Below, in pieces: positions 48,844 to 57,704 of a DNA stretch of 64,000 nt. This DNA is from Armatimonadota bacterium (GTDB lineage: Bacteria; Armatimonadota; SYMT01), in assembly GCA_041690135.1 (NCBI GenBank), contig JAWLHY010000010.1:299511-363510 (forward strand), read 5' to 3'. Numbering within the stretch: the first letter of the stretch is position 1; each line of letters begins with the position of its first letter. The position numbers were made by a program, and so were the translations under genes. The notes beneath the pieces were generated by a model, which had not been told where the DNA came from, made no database searches, and saw only the letters and a program-made list of their open reading frames with translations.

Positions 48844-49962
48844 CTACTCCTCAATAATCTCCACGTTAGCTCTCGGGACGATGACCCGCTCCCCGTTCTG
48901 GAGCTCGGCCTGGAGGACCCGGACCATCGCCTCGGTGGGAATCTCCTGGAGCTCCGACGGTAGTTCAGAAACGGTGGCCAGCTTGCCGAAGTAGGGCTCG
49001 CGGATGATGCGGATGGGAGTGCCGATCTCCAGGTCGAAATCTCCGGCCTCGCCGCCTTCATCCGGACCGGCCTGGCGGGGCACGATCACCTCGGGACGGA
49101 TGACGCCGGCCCGGATCTGGGTCGCGCCGTTGATCGAGGCCGTCTGGCCTTCCAGCGATTTCAGCAGCCGGAAGGTGCGGTCCGCCATGCGGATGGTGCC
49201 GAAGCCTTCGGTGAGGACGAGCGTGAGGTTGATGTTCTCGTGCCCGGTGATGGCCACGCCGATATCGTAACCGAGGAAATCGACCAGGTCCTGATCGACA
49301 ATGGCGCCAACGACGATCCCGGCCACGCCGATCTCCGCCGCCTTCCGCAGCGCCGCTCCCGAGATGTTGGCGCCGCCCGCCACGATGCAGCCCGCCATGT
49401 CGGGAGTGAGGGAGGCCTCCGTCAGCATTGCGTCGGGCGAGTCCACGATCACGCGGATGGTGCCCTGCCGTTCGCCGCCTACCCCGAAAATGCCCTGGAC
49501 GAGAGCACCACGGGTCTCGACCACGACCCCTTCTCCCTCGATCACCTCTACGACGCGCCCCCGGACATAGGCCTTCACCTCGATGGGGTTCGGCTTCTCC
49601 CGGATACTGATGTGACCCGTGACGGTGTTGATGATCTCGACCACGCCGTCCACGGGGGCGTGCGCTTCGCTCTTGAACATTCCGAAGAAGGAGCGGGTCA
49701 TGGCCAGGAGTTGCCCGCTCTTGACGGCATCGCCCTCCTTCACCTGCACTGCGGTCGGAAGCTCGTCCGGATCGATTCCGAGCTTCTCCGAAGCGCGGAC
49801 CGTACGGAGAATGCCGGGGATGTTCGTGCGGGCCACCACCGTGTCCGGATCTACCGGAGCTCCCATGTCCACCACCACGTCGCCTTTCAGCGGCAGCCGG
49901 CGCGACTTGCGGACCACCGTGGAGGCGGAAACCTTCAGACCAGGAGTGTATGCGCTTCCCAT
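48844..49962 (-). CDS. Conserved hypothetical GlmL-partner protein (barrel-sandwich hybrid motifs, C-terminal KOW-like)
   Basis: AYTPGL..RRLPLKG, VKEGDAV..G..LA, QGIFGVG, TEGFG, IIREPYFG and VPRANVE motifs. Confidence 0.85.
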   Translation of the reverse strand: MGSAYTPGLKVSASTVVRKSRRLPLKGDVVVDMGAPVDPDTVVARTNIPGILRTVRASEKLGIDPDELPTAVQVKEGDAVKSGQLLAMTRSFFGMFKSEAHAPVDGVVEIINTVTGHISIREKPNPIEVKAYVRGRVVEVIEGEGVVVETRGALVQGIFGVGGERQGTIRVIVDSPDAMLTEASLTPDMAGCIVAGGANISGAALRKAAEIGVAGIVVGAIVDQDLVDFLGYDIGVAITGHENINLTLVLTEGFGTIRMADRTFRLLKSLEGQTASINGATQIRAGVIRPEVIVPRQAGPDEGGEAGDFDLEIGTPIRIIREPYFGKLATVSELPSELQEIPTEAMVRVLQAELQNGERVIVPRANVEIIEE

Positions 49963-50024
49963 GCTTGCTTTTTTGTCTCGTGGGACCTCGTGACGAGGCC
50001 CGGATCAGCACTCGTGCGAAAGGA

Positions 50025-51809
50025 TCAGGGCAACGGCAGCCCGAATGCGCCGAGCCACTCGCGCAGCTTACCCACGCGCGCGGCCTGGTCCGGAGGCAGG
50101 ACCAGCGGTCGCCCGCGTCCGTCCAGGATGAGGCCGGCGACACCCCCGCGAACCCGAGTGGTATGCGGCTTACCCTTGCCCGCACCGGCGTTCACGTTCC
50201 GGGCGGGAACGATCTCCAGGTCGCGCCACTCGCCCTCCCCCTGCGGGATTACCTGCATCGTGCCCATCCGGAGCGGCACTTCTTTGCCGTCGATGCGGAT
50301 CGTCGCGAGCAGTTCTCCTTCTTTGACCGTTCCCACCGGGGCGACGACGGTGCCGAGACGGATGAGGCAGTCGCGGTCGAAAACCTGGGTGGCGGCTTCC
50401 GGCAGCACCGTGGAGAGCACGCCCAATTGCGGCATCATGAAGATACTGTCCACTGCCAGTTCCGTGACCCCTTCCGGCTGGTAGGCGTCGATCATCATCA
50501 GGGCCGACTGCTCGCGCCGGGGGGCATGGCTGAGCACGCCGCCGGAGCCCACGATCATGTTCAGGTCGAGCAGTTTGACCAGCGTCTCGCCGCTGCCCCG
50601 CTGGTCGAAGAGGTCGCCGATACTCCGTTCTTGCTGGACCCCCTTGAGCTCCCGCGCCAGGTTCCGATGATGATCCAACGCGAGGCGCAGCGCCTCGCGC
50701 GACACGGCCTGCTCGATCAACAGGTCCTCGAGGGTGTAGGGGATCGTGGTGGGACGGATCATCTTGTTCCGGAGGCGGTTCCGGAGCTCCGCATCCTCGA
50801 TCTCGAACGGAATCCAACGCCCGATGTTCTCCACGCCCGCCTCGGTGAGCACGTTGCAGATGGAGTAGCTCATGCCCAGGTTCGCGGACACCGTGCGGTT
50901 ATAGGTGCCACCGAAGACGCTGAAAACGTCCGTGGTCGCCCCGCCGATGTCCACCGCCAACACGTTGATGTTCTCCCGGCGGGCAATCGTCTCAATGATG
51001 CGCCCCACCGCGTTCGGGGTCGCCATGATGTCGGCGCTGGTCCAGGTGAGCAGTTTGCCATAGCCGGGGGCCTGCTGCATCACGTGCTTGAGGAACAGCT
51101 CATGGATCTCTTCGCGCGCCGGACCCAGGTTTTCCAGGTCGAGCGTGGGCCGGATGTTGTCCACGGGATGAAGCTCCACCCGCTCCTTCAGCACCTGCTG
51201 AACGGGAGACAGCGCTTCCTTGTTGCCGGCATAGATGACGGGGAGCTTGAGACCGATACCGAGCCGCGGCTTGGGGTCGGCGGAGACCAGCATTTCGGCC
51301 ATTTCCACCAGGTGGGTCACCGTCCCGCCGTCGGTGCCGCCCGACATGAGGATCATGTCCGGCCGCAGCGCGCGGATCCGCTCCACCTTCTGGTGCTCCT
51401 TACGACCGTCGTCGACCGCGATGGTGTCCATCACGATGGCGCCCGCCCCGAGCGCGGCGCGTTCGGCGCTCTCGGCCGACATCGACTTGACCACCCCGGC
51501 CACCGTCATCTGCAGCCCGCCGCCGGCACTGGAGGTGGAGAGATAGAGATCGGCCCCCTCACCCTGCGCATCCCGCGGCGCCAGCACCTTGTCATTCGCC
51601 AGGAACTTGCGCCCGGTCAGCTCTTCGATTTCCCGGACGGCGTTCACCACCCCCACGGTCACGTCGTCGAACGGCGCTTCCACCGTCGTGGGCGCTTCCC
51701 CGCGCACGATCAGGCGATATTCGTCTCCCTGTTTCTCGATCAGGATCGCCTTGGTGGTGGTGCTGCCGCAGTCGGTGGCGATGATTGTTCGCGCTTCGCT
51801 ATCCGCCAT
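50025..51809 (-). CDS. Glutamate mutase L (GlmL/MutL-type ASKHA reactivase-like) protein
   Basis: DCGSTTTK, SSAGGGL, SGGTDGG, DIGGATTDVFS and RTVSANLGM motifs. Confidence 0.9.
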   Translation of the reverse strand: MADSEARTIIATDCGSTTTKAILIEKQGDEYRLIVRGEAPTTVEAPFDDVTVGVVNAVREIEELTGRKFLANDKVLAPRDAQGEGADLYLSTSSAGGGLQMTVAGVVKSMSAESAERAALGAGAIVMDTIAVDDGRKEHQKVERIRALRPDMILMSGGTDGGTVTHLVEMAEMLVSADPKPRLGIGLKLPVIYAGNKEALSPVQQVLKERVELHPVDNIRPTLDLENLGPAREEIHELFLKHVMQQAPGYGKLLTWTSADIMATPNAVGRIIETIARRENINVLAVDIGGATTDVFSVFGGTYNRTVSANLGMSYSICNVLTEAGVENIGRWIPFEIEDAELRNRLRNKMIRPTTIPYTLEDLLIEQAVSREALRLALDHHRNLARELKGVQQERSIGDLFDQRGSGETLVKLLDLNMIVGSGGVLSHAPRREQSALMMIDAYQPEGVTELAVDSIFMMPQLGVLSTVLPEAATQVFDRDCLIRLGTVVAPVGTVKEGELLATIRIDGKEVPLRMGTMQVIPQGEGEWRDLEIVPARNVNAGAGKGKPHTTRVRGGVAGLILDGRGRPLVLPPDQAARVGKLREWLGAFGLPLP

Positions 51810-51842
51810 TCTCGGACCTTCTCCCTCTATACCAACCCTTGC

Positions 51843-51895
51843 GACCACGGGTTGAAACCCGTGGCTGACTGACCGAAGTCCGCCTGCGCGGACTC
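51843..51895 (-). repeat. Bipartite REP-like element
   Basis: AGTCCGCGCAGGCGGACT hairpin plus CCACGGGTTTCAACCCGTGG hairpin. Confidence 0.7.
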
Positions 51896-52100
51896 GAGCA
51901 CTTTTCGCTGACGTGCGTCCAGCGTCTACTTTACCAGAGGGTCCCGGAAAACGACGAACCCGCTCCTCGTTCAGTTGGACAGAGGCGAGAAAACAGCCTG
52001 CCCGATTTGGATTAAGGTGGGGATTACGATCAGGATGCGGAGGAGGCTGTGGGAGAGTGGGTGAATCGCAAAGCACCCGGAATCGAGAGGAAGTTGGAGT

Positions 52101-52916
52101 ATGAGTCGAGCGTCGCTGCCGCAAACATCGCCGTCGCCGGCCGTAACGCCGTGGCGACACCTTTTGCCGTTGGTCGTGGCGGGGGCGCTGGTGTTCGGCG
52201 TGCTTTGCGCCCTGTTGTTGCAGTGGGCGGACTCGCAGCGTCGAGGTCGGCTCCTGGTCGCGGTGGCCAAGGGCGATGTCGTGCAGGTCCGGTCGATGCT
52301 CGCGCGCGGCGTCAGCCCCAAAGCTCATCCGGGCGCGGGCATTCCACCGCTGATCCAGGCCGTCCGGAACGATCAACTCGTCGTCGCGGAGCTCCTGCTG
52401 CGGGCCGGCGCGGACGTGAACCAGGTGGACGGGGAGGGCAAGACCCCGCTGATGTGGGCGATCCGCCGCGATCACGCGCGCATCGCGGAACTCCTGCTCG
52501 TCTTCGGAGCTCCCGTGCATCTGCCGGGCCGGGGCGGAGATACCCCGCTGGCGCTGGCGGTCACCTACGGCAGCACGGAAACGCTCCCGCTGCTCCTGCG
52601 AGCCGGTGCGGACCCCAACGCTCCCGATCCCTACGGCATGACCCCGCTGATGCGGGCCGCCGGCGCCAAGAACGAGGCGGTCGTGAAGGCGCTCCTCGCG
52701 GCCGGCGCCGCCGTGAACTCCCAGGACGCGACCGGGCGCACCGCATTGATGTGGGCCATCGAGGTGGGAGACCGGAGCATGGTCCGCCAGTTGCTCGCCG
52801 CCCGGCCGAACCTGGAGTTGAAAGACCAGAATGGCCGCACGGCGAGAGACTGGGCTCGGGAAAGCAACCAGCAGGAGTTGGTCGAAATGATCGGAGCCGG
52901 GGTACAAAGAAAGTGA
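52101..52916 (+). CDS. Membrane-anchored ankyrin-repeat protein
   Basis: Repeated G.TPLM.A...LL.AGAD.N motifs; N-terminal TM. Confidence 0.92.
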   Translation: MSRASLPQTSPSPAVTPWRHLLPLVVAGALVFGVLCALLLQWADSQRRGRLLVAVAKGDVVQVRSMLARGVSPKAHPGAGIPPLIQAVRNDQLVVAELLLRAGADVNQVDGEGKTPLMWAIRRDHARIAELLLVFGAPVHLPGRGGDTPLALAVTYGSTETLPLLLRAGADPNAPDPYGMTPLMRAAGAKNEAVVKALLAAGAAVNSQDATGRTALMWAIEVGDRSMVRQLLAARPNLELKDQNGRTARDWARESNQQELVEMIGAGVQRK

Positions 52917-52961
52917 GGCTCGGCAATCGCCGCTGACGCCGCATCCATGAGGAGACCGACC

Positions 52962-53267
52962 GTGCTTTGCCCCGTCTGTAAGGTGCCCCTGACGATGACC
53001 GAACGCCAGGGGATTGAGATCGACTACTGTCCGCAGTGCCGCGGCGTGTGGCTAGACCGCGGCGAGCTGGACAAGATCATCGAGCGGTCCCAGGGCCAGG
53101 CTCCCGGCCCCCGCCCGGCCGCGCCGCCCCAGCCGCCCCAGCCCTCGGGTTACCGCCCGCAGCCCGAGTACCGGCCGGATCCCCGCCGCCACGACCGCGA
53201 CTGGGACGATGATGACGACTACCGGAAGAAGCGGCGCAAGAATTGGCTGGAGGAGCTGTTCGACTAG
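52962..53267 (+). CDS. zf-TFIIB zinc-ribbon domain protein
   Basis: CPVC...IDYCPQCRGVWLDRGELDKI and KKRRKNWLEELFD; AGGAG RBS before GTG. Confidence 0.92.
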   Translation: MLCPVCKVPLTMTERQGIEIDYCPQCRGVWLDRGELDKIIERSQGQAPGPRPAAPPQPPQPSGYRPQPEYRPDPRRHDRDWDDDDDYRKKRRKNWLEELFD

Positions 53268-54136
53268 ACCGATTCCTGCCCCCACGGCATCGGCATGGTC
53301 GGCTTAACGCGGTGCAGGTCGCGGCGGGGGTCCTTGGGGCGGTCCTTGAACCAGGCGGCAAAGCGGACGAGTTGCTTCACGGCCTCGTCGTAGGCGCGCT
53401 GTCCCTTCTCGTAGGTGGCCAGCTCCGCGGCGCCCAGGACCCCCGTCTCCGAGTAGCTGCTGGTCCAGGAAACGATCGTGGCGGGGCCGGCGCCGAACAG
53501 GTCGACCCAGTTGAATGGGCTCTGTTCCTCGTTGAAGCTGATCTTGCCGCTCTTGATCTGGTCCTTTCGGACGTTGTCGCCGTCCAGGTAGAGGTACAGC
53601 GAGGTCTCCAACTCGCAGGCGTGGGCGCACCCGCCGGGGAACTCGCTCTCCCGCCAGGAGGGCATGAACTCCTTATCGACCATCAGCAGGTTCCACCAGG
53701 CCGCCAGGATGCACTCCGCGTCCGTCTCCAGGTTGGTGCGGCGGGCGACCAGGTCGAGGTTCGGCATGTTGGACCCGTGGCCGTTGAGGAGCACGATCTT
53801 CTTGAACCCGTGGTAGGCCAGCGACTTCGTGATGTCGAGGATCCCCTCCATGAAGTGGGTGAAGTGAGTGTTGATGGTCCCCGGGAAGTCCATCACGTGG
53901 CCGGTATAGCCGTAGCAGTAGGTCGGCAGCACCAGGATCTTGTCCGGCGCGAGCCGGCCGGCGCCCCGGGCGATGCCGGTAGGGCAGACGATATCGACGT
54001 CGAGCGGCAGGTGCGGGCCGTGCTGCTCGACGGAGCCGACGGGCAGGATGCAAACCTTCCCCAACTCGACGGCATCATTGATCTCGGGCCAGGTGAGCTT
54101 CTCGTAGCGGTATTCGGTGGCGGCGCGGGAAGACAT
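53264..54136 (-). CDS. Creatininase family amidohydrolase
   Basis: PVGSVEQHGPHLPLDVD, NGHGSN and HACELETS motifs. Confidence 0.93.
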   Translation of the reverse strand: MSSRAATEYRYEKLTWPEINDAVELGKVCILPVGSVEQHGPHLPLDVDIVCPTGIARGAGRLAPDKILVLPTYCYGYTGHVMDFPGTINTHFTHFMEGILDITKSLAYHGFKKIVLLNGHGSNMPNLDLVARRTNLETDAECILAAWWNLLMVDKEFMPSWRESEFPGGCAHACELETSLYLYLDGDNVRKDQIKSGKISFNEEQSPFNWVDLFGAGPATIVSWTSSYSETGVLGAAELATYEKGQRAYDEAVKQLVRFAAWFKDRPKDPRRDLHRVKPTMPMPWGQESV

Positions 54137-54324
54137 TGGGTGCGGTTTCCTCGTTGTTGGGGTGGGATTTGCTGGCGTTACCCATGAAGGACACCGTTGT
54201 TCCTCCCGGGTTTCTGACGCGGAGGGAGCGACGGGCTCCTGCGGAGCGAGGCGACAGCACCTCATCCCATGATATATGTTTGCAATCGGAGACCGCATGT
54301 CGGACTCCGCGAAAGGACCTGATC

Positions 54325-54723
54325 ATGAGTGAGACACCAGCGGAGGGAGTCCTCCAGCAGATCGATAGCCGGCTCGCGGACCTGGCCGCGGCCCAGAAGC
54401 AGTTGAAGCGCCCCTCCACCATCTCCTTTGCCGAACGGCAATCCCTGTCGGGCCAGGCCGCGAAAGCCGCGGGGGAACTGCGCGCACGCCGTGCGGATGT
54501 GGAAGCGCAGGGCGAGCCGACCGAAGGCGCCGAGCTGCCGGAGCCGCTGAAGGCCGCGCTGGACGAGGCCGACCGCGTGCTCGGCAAGATCGATGCCGCC
54601 CAACCCGCGGGCCTGAAGCGCGGCCCAGGCGCCGCGGCCGCCGCAAAGTTGCCGGGGGCGAGCCGCCGGGGCAGCGGCGGCATGAGTAGCCAGCAGCGCC
54701 CGCCGGACCGCATCGGCGAATAA
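54325..54723 (+). CDS. Helical hypothetical protein
   Basis: RBS AAGGA; coiled-coil-like; codon usage matches the rest of the window. Confidence 0.7.
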   Translation: MSETPAEGVLQQIDSRLADLAAAQKQLKRPSTISFAERQSLSGQAAKAAGELRARRADVEAQGEPTEGAELPEPLKAALDEADRVLGKIDAAQPAGLKRGPGAAAAAKLPGASRRGSGGMSSQQRPPDRIGE

Positions 54724-54734
54724 GGAACCTGGCT

Positions 54735-55475
54735 ATGCCCACCGACTACAACCTGATTGCCGCGGAGTATAAGCGGGCGAAGCAGCAGCCCTGGCGGATG
54801 CACGTCGAGCATTTCATGATGTTCGAGCTGCTGGGGGACCTGTCGGGGAAGTCGGTGCTGGACCTCGCGTGCGGCGAGGGGTTCTTTACGCGGTTCGTCA
54901 AGCAGAAGGGGGCGGCGCGGGTCGTCGGGATGGACCTCTCGGAGAAGATGATCGAGCTGGCGCGGCAGGAAGAAAGCCGCAGCCCGCTCGGCATCGAGTA
55001 TCGCGTGCAGGACGCCTGCTCCGTCGAGCCGCCGGACGAGCCGTTCGATATTGTCACGGCGGGCTACCTGCTCAACTACGCCTCCACTCGCGCGGAACTG
55101 CTGGCGATGTGCCGGTCCATCTCCAGTTGCCTGAAGCCGGGTGGCCGGTTCGTCAGTGTCAATAACAACCCGGCTCAGCCGCGCGAGCACTTCGCGGCAA
55201 GCCGGAAGTACGGCTTCGTGAAGGTGGCCGATTCCGAGCTGACGGAGGGCGTGCCGGTCGTCTACCGGATCTTCCTGGACGACGGCCCGCTCGACATCAC
55301 CAACTACCACCTGGCGGTGGATACCCACGCGTGGGCCTTCCGGGAAGCCGGGATGGGTGAGTTGCAATGGCACCCACCCCGGCTCTCACCGGAAGGAGAA
55401 GCAACCGATGGCCACGAGTTCTGGGCGGATTTCATCACTCTCCAGCCCGTGATTTTCCTCGAGTGCGCCAGGTAG
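54735..55475 (+). CDS. Class I SAM methyltransferase (ToxA-like)
   Basis: VLDLACGEG, GMDLSEKMI, YLLNYA and LKPGGRF motifs. Confidence 0.9.
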   Translation: MPTDYNLIAAEYKRAKQQPWRMHVEHFMMFELLGDLSGKSVLDLACGEGFFTRFVKQKGAARVVGMDLSEKMIELARQEESRSPLGIEYRVQDACSVEPPDEPFDIVTAGYLLNYASTRAELLAMCRSISSCLKPGGRFVSVNNNPAQPREHFAASRKYGFVKVADSELTEGVPVVYRIFLDDGPLDITNYHLAVDTHAWAFREAGMGELQWHPPRLSPEGEATDGHEFWADFITLQPVIFLECAR

Positions 55476-55538
55476 CTCAAGCAGCACGCCGAATGCGTGG
55501 ACCAGCCCCCTGTTCAAGCACGCATCCTGGCGCGTGGG

Positions 55539-55745
55539 TGTAGGGCCGGATCTCCGTCCCGGCCTGGCATTGGCCTCGACAGCCGTCACGCCGGCCCGAA
55601 CAACACGGTGCCCACGCGCCAACCAAAAGGCCCTGGGCCACGGCACATTTCCCGTATCCCGCACCAGAACCACTACCGATCTGGCTCACACGGCATGACC
55701 GGTGCGGAACCAAGACCAGGCAGGCATCGGAAAGCCTGCCCTACA
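55539..55745. repeat. Inverted pair of GTAG-family REP-like hairpins
   Basis: TGTAGGGCCGGATCTCCGTCCCGGCC (+) and TGTAGGGCAGGCTTTCCGATGCCTGCC (-). Confidence 0.6.
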
Positions 55746-55793
55746 TTATGCCGGTGCAATTTCAGGACAGGTACCTACGCCTGAGAATTGCAA

Positions 55794-55828
55794 GATGCCA
55801 CGGTATCCGGATGGGATACCGTGGCATC
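55794..55828. terminator. 15-bp perfect hairpin between convergent genes
   Basis: GATGCCACGGTATCC / GGATACCGTGGCATC. Confidence 0.6.
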
Positions 55829-55862
55829 ATCGCGAGCTTATGAGCGGAATGCCGCGGCGGGC

Positions 55863-57680
55863 TTAATTCACCTTCTTCCCCCACACGGTAATCTCCGCGA
55901 AGTTACCGGTGTCGTCGAAGGAGCCGACACCCAGGCGGCCGCTGGGGAAGTTCCGGTCATCGGCCTTCATGACCGACTGGCCGTCCCAGAAGACCTCCGT
56001 CTCCCCTGCCGCATTCCGGACGACCCGCACGGTGTGGTAGCCCTCCGTCCAGGGAGTTCCGGCGGTCCGGGTCTTCGCCACGCTCACCCGGGGCGCGCCG
56101 TTCACCAGGAAGATGCTGTGGGCATGGGGGTCCGCCTCTTTGCCGAGGTGAACGTAGAAGAAGTGCGACGGGTCCGTGCCGCCAAAGAAGAGGCAGAGGT
56201 CGCGGTGACCATAGTCTTTGATGGTGCTGCGGACCTTCGCTTCCATCACGAACGGCCCCACCTTCAGATCCTTGATCCAGGCGATCCGGAAGGGGCTGCG
56301 GACCGCGGGCATATACTTGCCGCCGCCGACCAGTTGCAGCACGTTCCGGCCGCCGTCCTTGCCCATCTTCCATTCCTTGGGATCGGTGAACTCAAAGCGG
56401 GAGAGGGCCTTCTCGCCGTCGGCGAACGTTTCGTGCAGGACGAGCGGCAACCCGGCCTGGGTGCTGGCCGGCCCGGGGGTGGCCGCCTTCAGCCCCTCGG
56501 GCGGGGCAACGGAGCGGAGCTGCAGGATCTCCACGTCCTTGAACGCCACGTCCATGTCCTGGCCGCCGTGAAGCTGCAGGGCGATGTGGCCGCGTGCGCG
56601 CCCCGGATCGTCCAGCAGTTCGGCGGTCTTGTGCCCGTTGACGTGGACCACGATCCGGCGGCCCAGAGCCACGACGGACATCTCGTTCCACACGCCCGGC
56701 TTGTACCACTTCTTCACGTCTTCCGGCTTCGGCTGGACCACCCACGCGCGCCCGGAGGTCTCATACAGGCCGCCGGCATCATTCTCGGGGTCGATCTCGG
56801 CCTGGAACCCGGCCACGCCGACCATATCGTTCCGCTTCTCCGTGCGGAAATAGAGGCCGCTGTTGCCCTGCTTCGCCAGGTACTTCACGCGGACCGCAAA
56901 ATCTCCGTGCTGCTCCTTCGTGATCAGGTGCCCATGCCGCGGCTCGGACTTCGGGGCGGTTCCGTGGAGCGTTCCGTCCACGATCTTCCAATCGCCGCCG
57001 CCGATCTTCTCCCAGCCGTTGAGCGACTTCCCATCCCACAGGGGCTTCCACTCGCTGCGGCCCAGGTCCTTCAGGCGAACGTTGCGCCACCGGATCCGCC
57101 CCGCTTTTCCGGAGTGGACCTGCAGGGCGATGAAACCCTCCAGGTCGGCGGTGTCGACCAGGTTCGCGCAGGGGACGCCGTTGACCCAGGTGCGAATCTG
57201 CGGCCCGACGGCCTGGAGGGTGAACTCGTTCCACTCTCCCGCCTTGTAGGCCTTGCGGGCGCTCTCATCCGCGGAGAGCGGGAAAAGCCAGCCGCGCCGG
57301 CCCTCGTCGTAGATGCCGCCGGTCCAGGCGCGCTCGGAGGGGTCGATCTCGCACTGGTAGCCAAACACCCGGCCTTCCCCGTCGCGTTGATGGCTGCGGA
57401 GCTGGATTCCGGAGTTCCCCGGCACATCCAACCGCGCCTCCAGCTTGAGGATGAAGTCGCCGTAGGTCTTCTCCGTGCGCAGGAAGGTGTTCGGTCCGGG
57501 ACCCACCTCACCGACGATGCACCCATCCTCGATGCGGTAGGTCGCACCCCCGCCGACCTTCTTCCAACCGGAGAGGTCCTTCCCGTTCCAGAGCGGCTGG
57601 AAGCCTTCTTCCGCCGCCCGCACCGGCAGCGGGGCCGCCAGGGCAATAGCGCCGGCGGCGAGAAACACGATGGGTCTCAT
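55863..57680 (-). CDS. Secreted tandem DUF1080 (3-keto-disaccharide hydrolase-like) protein with a third ConA-like domain
   Basis: Two copies of LW(N/D)GK.L.GW, GNSG, Q.EID and IALQ.H; additional C-terminal beta-sandwich. Confidence 0.92.
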   Translation of the reverse strand: MRPIVFLAAGAIALAAPLPVRAAEEGFQPLWNGKDLSGWKKVGGGATYRIEDGCIVGEVGPGPNTFLRTEKTYGDFILKLEARLDVPGNSGIQLRSHQRDGEGRVFGYQCEIDPSERAWTGGIYDEGRRGWLFPLSADESARKAYKAGEWNEFTLQAVGPQIRTWVNGVPCANLVDTADLEGFIALQVHSGKAGRIRWRNVRLKDLGRSEWKPLWDGKSLNGWEKIGGGDWKIVDGTLHGTAPKSEPRHGHLITKEQHGDFAVRVKYLAKQGNSGLYFRTEKRNDMVGVAGFQAEIDPENDAGGLYETSGRAWVVQPKPEDVKKWYKPGVWNEMSVVALGRRIVVHVNGHKTAELLDDPGRARGHIALQLHGGQDMDVAFKDVEILQLRSVAPPEGLKAATPGPASTQAGLPLVLHETFADGEKALSRFEFTDPKEWKMGKDGGRNVLQLVGGGKYMPAVRSPFRIAWIKDLKVGPFVMEAKVRSTIKDYGHRDLCLFFGGTDPSHFFYVHLGKEADPHAHSIFLVNGAPRVSVAKTRTAGTPWTEGYHTVRVVRNAAGETEVFWDGQSVMKADDRNFPSGRLGVGSFDDTGNFAEITVWGKKVN

Positions 57681-57704
57681 TGGCAAAACCTTACTTCTCC
57701 GATG

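Noticed and set aside
51810-52907. N-terminal extension making GlmL a 960-aa protein
   Set aside because: The extension is antisense to the ankyrin gene and runs through REP and hexamer repeats; the GlmL fold starts at MADSEART with an RBS upstream
54735-55475. Toxoflavin biosynthesis cluster
   Set aside because: Only a ToxA-like methyltransferase is present; there are no adjacent toxB-E homologues
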